In this document: positions 24,533 to 35,537 of the stretch, piece by piece
How positions within the stretch are numbered: position 1 is the stretch's first letter
Layout of the letters: each line of letters starts with the position of its first letter
NCBI GenBank assembly: GCA_000388065.2
Contig: KB932204.1
Source of the DNA: Fonticula alba ATCC 38817
Lineage: Eukaryota; Protista; Nucleariida
Reading direction: 5' to 3' (one strand)
Length of the DNA: 40,350 nucleotides
Position numbers and translations under genes: made by a program
The notes under the pieces: model-generated
The model's input: the letters and a program-made list of their open reading frames with translations, nothing else
The model's database searches: none
What the model was told of the DNA's origin: nothing

Positions 24533-25748
24533 ATGGATCCCAGATCTGGCGCGTCGCCGCTCTTCGGCATGACCGCAGTCGGCCCCCCGGCTGATGTTGA
24601 TCTTTTCCCTTCGGTTCGCCTTTCCCTCCCGCTCCTCGAACATCCTACTTGCCCTCCCCCCCCCCCTCCTTTGTTTGTCCTGTTCCGCCTCTTTCCTTCT
24701 CCTTCCCTCTCCCTGTCCTCGCGCTCTGTTCTCATTCTAATGTGCACCTGCTGGTCAGATGCCTTCGGAATCCTCCTGGGCCGACTTCGAGCAGAAGGTC
24801 CTCGAGGCTACGGCTTCCTTTTCCTCGATGGCCGAGGCCTTTGGCGACGCGCCCTCACCAGCTGCCGGTTCCAGCTCCTCAACGACCGCGGCCCCGGCGC
24901 CATTGGCTGGGGCCGAGCCGACCCCGCCCGTTGGTTCTGCCCTTTCTCCCTGCTCCCCCTCTTCCAAGCGCGAGCGTCCCCGGGAGGATGGCGAAGAGGA
25001 GGCCTCCTCACCGCCGCCCAAGCGCCCGGCCACCGATGCCGAGGATTCCGCAGCAGCCTTTGTCGGCTTCCGCACGGCCGGCTCAGGCGCTGCCATCCCG
25101 CTCCAGGCAAAGTCGCTTGCCGCCGCGGAAAAACTCCTCGGCGAGGTTGAGCAGTCCACGGCATCGATGTTGTCGCAAACGCGGCCGGCCCAAGAGCAGG
25201 AGGATGTCGCGGCCAAGGTGCCTGACACGCTTGCCGAAAGTGACCCCGGCTTCCAGGGCTTCAAAACTGCCGGCAGTGGCAAATCGATTGCCATCTCCGA
25301 GGCATCGATGTTGAAGGCACGCGGAATTGTCCGCGACGTGGAGAAGGATCTGGCTGTGGCTGCCCCCTCGGGCGAGGGGACAGCGGGGACTCCGCCCCCG
25401 GGGCCCGGCCCCATGGCCCCGGAGGCGCCGGCGGAATTTGTGGGGTTCCGGCTGGCCGGGACCGGTGGCACGGTTCGCCTCTCGGCAGCGGCCCTGGCCC
25501 AGGCTGAGAAGTTGATTGGCTCGATCGCCAGCAGCCCGGAGCTGCCTGTCGGGCCGGGGGAGCCGGCCGCGGGGGCAGCGCCACCGGCGGCGCCTCCCGC
25601 CAGCAGCGCCCCGCGTCGTGTGGGCCTCGGCGCCAGCCGGCCCGCCCTTGGACCACGCTTCCGATCGGGGGCGCCCTCTCAGCGCCCTTTCAAGCCGCCG
25701 ACCCGGGTGCCGGCGCACGCGCCGAGTCAGACCAATGCCGGGGAATGA
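24533..25748 (+). CDS. Short BRC-repeat protein (BRCA2-like RAD51-binding repeats, no DNA-binding domain), ~356 aa
   Basis: Exon 1 is 24533-24613 (donor GTTCGC, CTAAT branch-like motif, CAG acceptor), in phase 0 with exon 2 at 24759-25748. Three ~30-aa repeats: FVGFRTAGSGAAIPLQAKSLAAAEKLLGE (25059), FQGFKTAGSGKSIAISEASMLKARGIVRD (25251) and FVGFRLAGTGGTVRLSAAALAQAEKLIGS (25437). Also has basic NLS-like KRERP..PPPKRP and C-terminal RPFKPP. Confidence 0.8.
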
Positions 25749-26275
25749 CGTTTCCGATGAGGCCCCCCCCCCTGCTGCAGCCAATACATTTATCCTATCG
25801 TATACCAACGGTCCCACGCGGACAGTGGGCACATTTCGCGCACCTTCCAGACCCAAGCGTGGGCAGATGGCCGCGTGTCGGGGCCATGCCTGCCGGGACC
25901 GGGCGCAAAAAAGGCTCCTGTGTGAGTGCCCCGGGGCCGGCCGCCGTACACACCACGCAAGAGGGGGTTTCTCTCCGCGGATCAGCCCGCACCTCGTGCG
26001 CGCTGTTCCCCCGGTCCGGGGCCCGGCTCTTTCCTCGGTGGAGGCCCATGTTCCGGGGGGATGTGTGGCGTGCCATCTTTTTCCTCCGGGGCGGGGGGGG
26101 GTCTTTTTGAGACCCCACTGTGGGGCCGTGGGCCGCGGGTTGAAGGGCACAATCAGTGCTCGTATTCCCCTTCCCCCTTCCTCCCTTCCTCCGCCTCGTT
26201 TTCCTTTCCTCCCCCCTCTCCCTCCCTCCCTCTCTCCTCCCGTGACTGCGCGTCCGTCAGGAACACATAGTGACC

Positions 26276-29200
26276 ATGGTCCCGATCCCGGCCAAGAAGC
26301 GGGCACCGGCTGGCCCATCGGCTGCTGGCAAGAAGCCCACCCCTGGCGGTGCTGGTAAGCAGCTCGCCAAGGCAAAGTCTGGTGCCGCCGCCAGCAAGAA
26401 GTCCGCCAAGGCGGCGCCTGCTCTCTCGGATGAAGACCTTGATGGGTTCGTCCATGTCCCTTCTTTTCCCTGCCGTGCTTCCTTTCACCTGCTTGGTGTT
26501 TTGGTCTCGCCCCGCAAGGAACGCTGATTTGCCTCCTTCTCCCCCCCCCCCCAATAGGTTCCGTCTGCACGATGTGCAGGACGACGCCTATGACTTCGGC
26601 GACGACGATGAGTTTGGTCTCGGTGACGGCGAGGCAGAGTTTGCCTCTGAGCACGACGACCGGCCCTCTAAGAAGGCCGGCAAGAAGAAGGCCGGCAAGC
26701 CGGCCGACGACTCGGATCTCGAGGAGGAGGACGACAATGACGCCGATGATGTCGATGGCTCCCTTGCCAAGGAGTTCATTTCGGCCGCCAAGCGCAAGGG
26801 CAAGGCTGGCTCCTTCGTGTCGATGGGTATGTGGCCATGCGCGGCGTCGTTCTGGGGCCTCATTTTCTTTGTCCCTTTTTTTCCCCCCCATCCTTGCCTG
26901 CCTTGGTGACCAGCCCCCGACTAACCGGCCGCCATCCAACAGGCATCTCCCGGACCACCCTGCGCGCCATTCAGCGCAAGGGCTTCTCCCAGCCGACCCC
27001 CATCCAGCGCAAGACCATTCCCATCATCATGGAGGGCAGCGATGTGGTCGGTATGGCGCGCACCGGTTCCGGTAAGACCGCCGCCTTTGTCATTCCTCTG
27101 ATTGAACGCCTGCGGTCCCACTCGGCCAAGGTGCGTCTTGCCGATTGCCTCTCACAACCCCGAGGGTCTTCCCTCGCGCCCGCTCCCTCCGCCCCCTCCC
27201 CGCCCCTGGCTTCCGTGATCCTGACCCCATCCGCCGTCACTCCGTGCTGGAATGTACTTTCCACCGCCCACTCCCCTCTCCAGGTCGGCGCCCGTGCCAT
27301 CATCCTGAGTCCCTCGCGTGAGTTGGCCCTGCAAACGCACCAGGTGTGCCGGGATCTGGGCCGCTTTACGGATCTGCGCACGGCCATGTTCATTGGTGGT
27401 GAGAGTCTGGATGACCAGTTCACCGCCATGGCCAACCATCCGGACATCATCATCGCCACCCCCGGTCGTCTGTTGCACGTGCTGGTGGAGATGGACTTGA
27501 AGCTCCTGGCGGTGGAATATGTGGTCTTCGATGAGGCCGATCGGTGCGGCATGGGCTTCTTTTCTTCGGCTTTTTGCCCCTGCTTTTCCTGCTTCTTTTT
27601 TTCCTCGATCTAACGGATTTGCCCTTCCTCCGCCCTCCTCGCGACAGCCTCTTTGAGATGGGTTTCGCCGAGCAGATCAATGAGATTCTCAGCCGCCTCC
27701 CGCCCAATCGCCAGACGCTGCTCTTCTCGGCCACCCTGCCGAAGATGCTGGTGGAGTTCGCGCGTGCCGGCCTCACCGATCCGGTGCTGGTTCGCTTGGA
27801 TTCGGAGACCAAGATCAGCGACGACTTGAAGGTATACATCGATAATGCGGGCCATGTCCCTTCCTGGGGGGCCATGTGGCAACTTTGGTCGGGTCATCTT
27901 TCCCTTGTCCCCTTTTCTTACACACCAAACTAACTTTCCTCCCCTTCCCAGATGTCCTTCATCGGCACTCGCCAGGAGGACAAGTTCTCCCTCGTGCTCT
28001 TCACTCTGCGGCACATCATCCCCGAGAAGCAGGTATCTTTTGCGGATGCTTTGCTTTCTTCCCTTGCCCCCCCCCCCCCTCCCCCGCTCAGCTCTCCTTC
28101 TTTGCCGCCCTGGTCATGCTACTTACCTTATCCCGGCCCCAGCAAACCATTGTATTCGTGCCGACGCGCCACCATTGCGACTACCTGCAGCTTATGCTGC
28201 AGCTTGCCGGGATTGAGTCGCGATCGATCTATGGTCAGCTGGACTCATCCGCGCGGCACATTTCCCTCAGTCGCTTCAAGAAGAAGACTCTTCGAGTGCG
28301 TGTGCCTCTTTTGGGTGGGATTTTTCTCTGTTGGCGGAGCAAAGAAAGAAAGGGAAAGCCTCTCCCACCTCTCGCGTGGCTCTTTCGCCGCCCTTTAACC
28401 CGTGGCTCTGTGATTCTTTCTTTTTTTTTCTCCCCTCCCCCCCCCACCCCCACCCTCTCGTGCATCGGGACGGCCGGATCCGCCGCCCGTGTCATGATAG
28501 ATTCTCATCGTGACGGATGTTGCCTCGCGTGGTTTGGATATCCCCCTGCTGGACAATGTGATCAACTACAACTTCCCCGCTCGGCCGAAGCTCTTCATCC
28601 ATCGTGTGGGTCGTGTTGCGCGTGCTGGACGCTCGGGCAATGCCTACTCGCTGGTGTCCTCCGACGAGCTGCCCTACATGATGGAGCTCCAGCAGTTCCT
28701 CGGCAAGCCGCTGACCGTGGTGCCGACGCAGTACAAGTCCAAGGCCGAGCTGGAGGATTTCGACCAGAAGACACGCGGCGTGTCGGTGCAGTATGGTGTC
28801 GTTCCGCCGAACACCCTGGACTCGGAGAATGAGTGGCTTTCCCGCCAGCTGGAGGACAATGTGGATCTGCACTCCATGAGCAAGGTCATCACCAATGCCC
28901 AGAAGATGTACATCAACACCCGTCCCCAGTGTGACAATCCGGAATGCCATGACCGCGCGAAGGAAGTGCTCGATGCCAAGGCCGGCATTCACCCGCTGTT
29001 CATCAATTCCATTCAGGATGGCGAGGTGGAGCAGGCTTCCATCATGGACCAGATTCGCTCCTTCCGGCCGCAGATCGTACGTTGTGGCCGTCTTTTTCGC
29101 TGTGTGGCGGCGCGCGTGGGCACGCGCGATGTGCATGGGTGGGCGGCATTTTTAGACTCATGCGTCGCCCCCGGGGGGGTATGTTCACTGACATGAGTTG

Positions 29201-30502
29201 TTTCCAATGGCAGACCATCTTTGAGCAGGGCAAGAACGCCCGTGGCGGGCAGCTGCTCATGCAGAAGACTCGCCAGCTTCACTCGAGTGTGCGCTTCACC
29301 AGCGAGCTGATCAAGGAGAAGAAGCAGCTGGCAACGACCCTGCTGTCGAAGCTGCCAGCCGTGGCCAAGAGCGCATCCAAGCGGGACACCCGCTTTGACT
29401 CGGACTCCGAGGGCGAGGATGGCCTGGAGCAGGCGGAGCTCAACTCGCCTGAGGTTCTGAGTGTCTTCAGCAATGTCGTTTCCACCGGTGGCCGGAGCAT
29501 GAGCGGCGCCTTCCGGGACAAGGCCAACTACATTGCCTACCAGCAGCAGGACACCCACACCGAGCGGGGCTATTCTCTGTCGGAGTCCGGGAACTTCGTG
29601 CAGCAGGCCCAGGGCGCGTCCATGGACATGATTGGTGATGACAGCGAGACCATGCGCAATCACAAGGTGCAGATGAAGTGGGACCGCAAGAAGAAGAAGT
29701 TCGTCCGGTCGGACCCTCTTGGAGCCATGTCGGCGGATGGCAAGACCAAGATGATTCGCACGGAGGCCGGAAACCTGATCCCGGCCAACTACAAGGCCGG
29801 TGCGTATGACGAGTGGAAGAAGCGCAACCGAGCCCTGCTGGACCGTACCGACACGTCCAGCGGATCGATCGAGTATGGCCGGAAGTCCGATGGGCGTTGG
29901 GGACTGAAGAAGTGCGCTCCATTTCGGTTCCCTCCTTTCTTGGCTTTGGAGCGTCTGGCGGGGGCGGGGGCGTTGCTGAGGCGAAAGGGAGAAGAGCAGC
30001 AAGGAGAGACAAGACAGACAGGCGCTCAGCTGGGGGGTTTCTGACATCGGAATGCGGCAAACATCCAACCACCCCACCCAGGCGGACTTTCGAGTCGTCG
30101 GAGTTCCAGTCGTCATTCGATGGCGAGGGTGGTGACGAGTCGGGCGGGAGCCAGCCGGCGGCCAAGCGTGCACGCACCGCCGGCGGTGCCGTCCAGGCTG
30201 GCAAGAAGAAGGGCCCGGGCGGTCGTCCCATCAAGAGCGAGGTCAAGTCGGCCGAACAGTTCCGCAAGGCTCAGATTGTGCGTACCACGTAGCCAGGGCA
30301 ATGTGTCTGCGATTGTGTGCTCTCCCTCCCTTTTGAATGTCCACGCGCTGACCGCTTTTCATTTTTCCCGTCCTTTTTTTTTCCGGTGCGTTGTGTGCGC
30401 GCACACCCTCTGCAGACCAAGCACCGCAAGCAGGAGTTCATGGAGTCCCGCCGCCGTATCAACGAGAAGCGCCGTGCTGCCTCTGGCAAGAAGAAGAAGT
30501 GA
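26276..30502 (+). CDS. DDX54: ATP-dependent DEAD-box RNA helicase DDX54/Dbp10, ~940 aa
   Basis: Eleven exons: 26276-26445, 26558-26826, 26943-27130, 27284-27543, 27648-27831, 27952-28032, 28143-28295, 28501-29076, 29214-29872, 30082-30277 and 30416-30502 (2823 nt). Contains the Q-motif [60 protein letters not shown] and the Dbp10 C-terminal [10 protein letters not shown]. Confidence 0.95.
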
Positions 30503-30657
30503 TTGTGCTTTGCCCGTGCGCCTGGGAGCACGTCAAGGCCCTGGCCATCCTCCGGCCATTTTTGGGCGGTTGCCGCCCATGCCCAACGGGGGCCTGGCTG
30601 TGGGAGCGACACACACACACATACCCCGGCCAGTCCGATTTTCCCCTCCTTGCTGCC

Positions 30658-30663
30658 AATAAA
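30658..30663 (+). promoter_or_regulatory. AATAAA polyadenylation signal of DDX54
   Basis: AATAAA about 155 nt after the DDX54 stop, in the short interval convergent with HSF. Confidence 0.5.
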
Positions 30664-30774
30664 GATAGATAATCATCCAACACACCCGAGGACAAATGGA
30701 GGTCGCTTGAGGGGAGGAGAAAAAAAGAAAAAGTATATTGCTCTGAAGGAGGGGGGAAAAGGGGAAAGCCTAAA

Positions 30775-33700
30775 CTACAGCTCACCGTCTAGGAGACAAA
30801 GGTTGTGCAAAGAGACGAAGGGGGAGGGGAATTGCAGTTGTAAGTGCGTGTGTGTGTGTGTGTGTGTGTGTCTCGGCGTGCAGGCATGGCGATGAAGGCA
30901 TGGGCAAGGAGGAGGGCGAGAGAAGGGGAGAAAGAGGGGGGGGGGGCGGGAGACGCACCACTGGGGACATCCTGCTGGAGAGAATCGATCTCAGCCTGGA
31001 TGGTATCCAGACGGCTGTTGATCGATCGGATGTTGTCTTCGCTCTTGAGGAAAATCTCCTCCGTCTGGGGGAAGCCAGCAAAGGAGCCGGACACATCATC
31101 GCCATGGGACGGCGGCAGAAGGAGTCGATCGGTGGACAGGCTATCCACCAAGGGGTGCACCGGTCCTGAAGGGGTGATCCCCACGGCGACGTGGCCGGTG
31201 GAGAAATCCGGCGGCGAGTGGCTCAGAGGGAAGTGCAGATCCGAATGGGGATGCCCGCGGGTGTGATGGGAAAGGGAAGGCAGTGGGGCATCCGAGTCCG
31301 AAACGATGATAACCCCAGGACCAGGGACAGGCGTGGAGGCGCCTCCAGGACTGTGGTGCGAGAGGATCGCATGAGGATGCGCCTCGACCAGGGGATAGTA
31401 GGGAGATTGGGATGGTTGGGAAGGCTGCTGCGCGGCCGATGGAGAGAGAGTGGCGGCCTGGACAGCATCATTGGCCAGCTGAGGCAGCTCGGAAGCATGG
31501 TGTGTGCTCAGGGTGGGAGAGGTAACGGCCGAGGAGGCGCCGGAGCTGGAAGAGGCAACCGGAGTCGGGGCGGTGGAGGCAACACCGCCCCCCGGGGTGC
31601 CGGACTGGCCCGGGGCCGAGGGAAGCTCCTGAACTTGGGACTGCGACTGCGGCTGCGGCTGCGGCTGCTGTTGCGAAGCATACATGTCCGCATGGCCACC
31701 TGCATTGACGGAGAAGCCCGCCCCTGGAGGCGGGAGGCCACGGGTACCATAGCTACCGTGATGTGGGTGGCCGTTGGTATGATGGACCGATGGCGGTGGG
31801 TCATGGTGCCCATAGTGCGAGGCCGGCGGACCATGGTGCCCGTGGTGCGGCTGGGACAGGCCATGATGTGGCGGGAGCGGGCCATGGTGCGAGGGGGGAC
31901 CATGCGACGTATGATGCCCATGACCGCCAGGCCCGACGCCGGCGCCGACATGCGGCGTGGTAACATGCGAATTGTGGTAGGTACCGCCATTGGGCGAGCC
32001 GTAGTTATAGTGGTGTCCGGCATCCGGCTGGCCAATGTAGTCGCCGGTGTCGCCGGGACCCGAAGGGGCAGTGATGTCCGAAATGACCGCCCCATCGGAA
32101 TAGCTGGTGGAGGAGGCACGCGGCCCGCCGGGGCCCATGGATCCCATGGCAGTGGCCCCGCCGGCCCCCGGGGAGTGACCGCCATCGGCGCCCTGGAAAT
32201 AGGTGAAGGGGGTGGCAGATTGGTGGAAGGCACCATCCGGGGCGCCGCCACTTCCGGGCCCCACGCCAGCATCGTAGCCCGGAGCACCGGCACCAGGGCC
32301 GGTGGACCCGGCCGACAGCTGGCGCCCAGTGTGAACACCAGCTCCGAAGCTCAGATGAGGGGGCGAGGGATTGGCATAGATTCCGGCCCCCGGCCCATTG
32401 GGACCACCGCCGGGGCCGCCAGTCGCATAGTGCCCGTAGGTGGTCGAAGAGGGGGCAAGGGACATCGGTGCGTACATGTCTTCGCTGGGATTCGGGCCGG
32501 TGCCAGAGCCAAGGGCACTGATGCCACCACTGGACAGTGTACGCGGGATGATGGATGAGGTCGTCGGCCCGGGGGAGGGCTCGGGGGTGCCAGATCCCCC
32601 GCGCAGAGAGGAAAAGAGGTCCATCGACCGGGAGGGCTGGAGGCTGGATGCGAAGGCCGGCAGAAGGGGAGATCCCGAAGCCCCGAGCCCGGGGGTGGTG
32701 ACAAAGTTGCTGGCCATGCTCTGGAGCAGGGGGAGGGGATTCTGCCCGGCGACAAAGGTCCCCGGGTGAACCGCGGCGGCCCCGGGGCCAGCTGCATGCA
32801 TGGCATTGGAAGCCTCCTTGAAGATGAGATGGGGGAGGGCGTCGGGGCCATCCCCGCGGCCACTGGTCAGCAGGCGATTGGTGGACAGGGGGGCAGCCGG
32901 GTGGTGTCCCATTTTGGTGTAGATGATGAGAAACTGCATGATCCGGTCGGTGAGCTTGCGCTGGCGTTCATAGCGCTCTTGCGTGCTTGCGACCTGGTCC
33001 CAGAGGCTCTAAGGGGGGGCAGGGGGAGAAAGGAGGAGAGACGAGCACCGGAGACGATGACTGGGGTCAGTATGCACGTGGACATGCTTCGGCGGCGGCG
33101 GCGGCGGCGGCGGCAAAAGGAGGAGGAGGTGGGAAAGGGGAAAGAGAAAAAAGCGGACCTTGTTTTCAGAACGAAGGAGTTTGATGCTCTCGCTGAGGAG
33201 GGCCTGCTGCTGGCGAATCTGGTCAATGCCTTGGATGGCTTTCTTAACATCGGAAGAGGTGCCAGATGCCTGATGGAGAAAGGGAGGAGTACACGACGAA
33301 GAAATGACAAGAAGTTAGCATCGCGCGGGGGGGGGGGGGGGGAACAAAAAAAGGGCCTGGCCAAGGAGTGAGAAGAAAAACCAGGCAAAATGAGCAGGAC
33401 AGCACGTACTCTGGGCTCGGAGTTCTTTCGCTTCACATGGATGAGCATGTCCGGCTTGTCGCGCATGAAGTTCGGATTGACGAACTCCCAAGCATCCTGG
33501 TCCTCCTCCGGCTGGAGGACTCCCTGGTGCGTGTGCGGGACCTTCTTGAAGCCATACATGTTCAGCTGGCGCACGAAGCTGGAAAAGTTGCTGTGCTTGA
33601 AGTACTTGGGCAGAACCTCGCGCGCGAACCCCTCAGGCTTGAGAACGAGGAAGGTCGTTCCATTTTGGTTCCAGGTCATCAGGTGCTGGAACTTGTTTTC

Positions 33701-34385
33701 GGAAAGCATGCTATGTATGCACGAAGGAAAGACATTAGAACGGAGAGAGAAATGCTGGGGAGGAAGAGGAAGAGGGGGAGGCACAGTGGCAGGGATGGAA
33801 GCAAAGAGATGCTGAGCACACGCACCGATAGAGCTTGTCCAAGAAGGCAGGGATCTTGACATCGCTGGAGTCCGTCAGCGCAAGCTGGGTCTTGGTGCGG
33901 CGGGCAAGGGCTGCACGGCCGGCGGCACGGGCGGGAGGTTAGCAAGAACAAAGGCAACAAGGGTGAGGGAGAATAGGAGCGGTCGCTAGCGTGTGCGTGC
34001 TTGCGAGCATGCGCGAATGCAAATGCGACGCAAGCACAAGCGGAAGGGCACGACCGCCAGCCGAATGACACAAGTGCGTACCTCCGCCTTCAACTTTGAT
34101 GGCCTTCGGAGGCGGGGAGGACACTGGCGAGGAGTATTGCGAGTCCTCGGAGTCGGAGGAAGGCTGTGGCGCGCGACGCTTCCCCCGAATGGAGGCCGTT
34201 GAGGAGGAAGAAGAAGGCGCGACCACCGAGGAAGAGGAAGCCGAGGTCATGGAGGAGGAGGAGGCCGAGCTCGAGAGACCCCCGGCCGTCGGGGACTCGG
34301 GATCCGAGGGGGGATCAGTCGGGGGCCGGGCATTCGATGGACGCCGAGCGGTGCGAGCGTTCCGGGGGGCGACGTGCGGTGGCAT
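30775..34385 (-). CDS. HSF1: Heat shock transcription factor (HSF), ~954 aa
   Basis: Exons 34385-34082, 33910-33826, 33710-33410, 33269-33159, 33008-30959 and 30788-30775 (2865 nt). DNA-binding domain: IPAFLDKLYRML...TWNQNGTTFLV...FAREVLPKYFKHSNFSSFVRQLNMYGFKKV...WEFVNPNFMRDKPDMLIHVKRK. HR-A/B: IDQIRQQQALLSESIKLLRSENKSLWDQV...IMQFL. A long low-complexity region is followed by an HR-C-like helix at the end. Orthology to HSF1 versus other HSF-domain proteins is inferred. Confidence 0.93.
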
Positions 34386-35041
34386 CGCTCTCTCTGGGAC
34401 GAGGGAAGGGAACTGGGGGGGAGAGAGAGAGTGTGTGCGTGTGCGTGTGTGTGTGGACGCGGACCAGGAACTACGCGATGATGAGGGGGGAAGGAAGGGA
34501 GGGNNNNNNNNNNNNNNNNNNNNNNNNNNNNNNNNNNNNNNNNNNNNNNNNNNNNNNNNNNNNNNNNNNNNNNNNNNNNNNNNNNNNNNNNNNNNNNNNN
34601 NNNNNNNNNNNNNNNNNNNNNNNNNNNNNNNNNNNNNNNNNNNNNNNNNNNNNNNNNNGGGGGGGGGGGGGGGGGCGCGCGCGGCCGAAGGAGGCGGTCT
34701 CATCACCGCGGGCCAGAAAGCCGGCAAGCACACCACTCTCTCACCAGCGCGTAGCGGAGCAAGGGCAACAGAGAGGGGCCGCGATCATCCCACAGTGCCG
34801 TGAGACCAACGAACAGTGAGGGACCAAGGGGGGGTTGGCACTGCTCGTGGTTGCGGCAGCAGTCGTGGGGCCGGCCCGGCCAGGACGGAACCTCTCTCGT
34901 GCTCGGGGCGGGGGCGGACTAGCCCCCCCCTTCATGCCTCCCCCGCCCGGTCCTCTCCCTCCCCCCCCCCCCATCCTCCTGGCTCATCCGCCAGCCGGAA
35001 GCGGGTTGGAAGGAGGAGGGGGCGCAGGGAAAACCCTCGGG

Positions 35042-35056
35042 CTTCGAGAAACTTCT
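35042..35056. promoter_or_regulatory. Perfect heat shock element (3 nGAAn units)
   Basis: cTTCg-aGAAa-cTTCt, in the divergent HSF/RAD9 intergenic region. Confidence 0.65.
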
Positions 35057-35094
35057 GCAGACCCGGGACAATGTGGGATACTCGACGACAAGGG

Positions 35095-35109
35095 CTTCTG
35101 GAATCTTCG
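35095..35109. promoter_or_regulatory. Second perfect heat shock element (3 nGAAn units)
   Basis: cTTCt-gGAAt-cTTCg, starting 53 bp after the first. Confidence 0.65.
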
Positions 35110-35537
35110 GGACCATGGTTCTCGCGCTGATCATGTGGCGGTGGCGCGACGGTCAGAGGAGCGATCTTTCTTTTCATCATGCGATCTGGTCTTTCTGTTG
35201 GGGATGTCGGATCGCGCTCCGATCGGCCCGGGAGGCAGGGGAGGCAGTGGGGGGGGGGGGGGGGGGGACGCCGGGCAAGGGAAGGCCTCTTCGTGAGGAA
35301 GGAAACACACAAGGGAGAGGGACCGGAGTGGGAGATCCCCTCCCGGATGGGTGGCTCTCCATTCCCCCAGCCCTCGTACCCTCCCCCCCTTCCTGCGCCC
35401 CTCTGCCCATTCCCTCTCCTCGGGGGGTTTCTCCTCTGCACTTTGCCTCCCGGGCCTCCCGTGGGTCCTCCTCCCCCATCATTGTGATGGCCTCGCTTCG
35501 GGATGGGTTTTCCCCGGGCTTCCTTTCGCATCAGGGC

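Noticed and set aside
25745-26275. Possible further exons extending the BRC protein toward a DNA-binding domain
   Set aside because: No consensus donor was seen near the stop, none of the three frames resembles OB or helical domains, and only ~530 bp remain before DDX54.
34835-35296. ORF containing a P-loop-like GGGGAGKT
   Set aside because: The motif comes from a purine/G-rich tract, has no preceding hydrophobic strand or Walker B, and the ORF runs through homopolymers in the HSF/RAD9 promoter. It is kept only as an alternative explanation for the HSEs.
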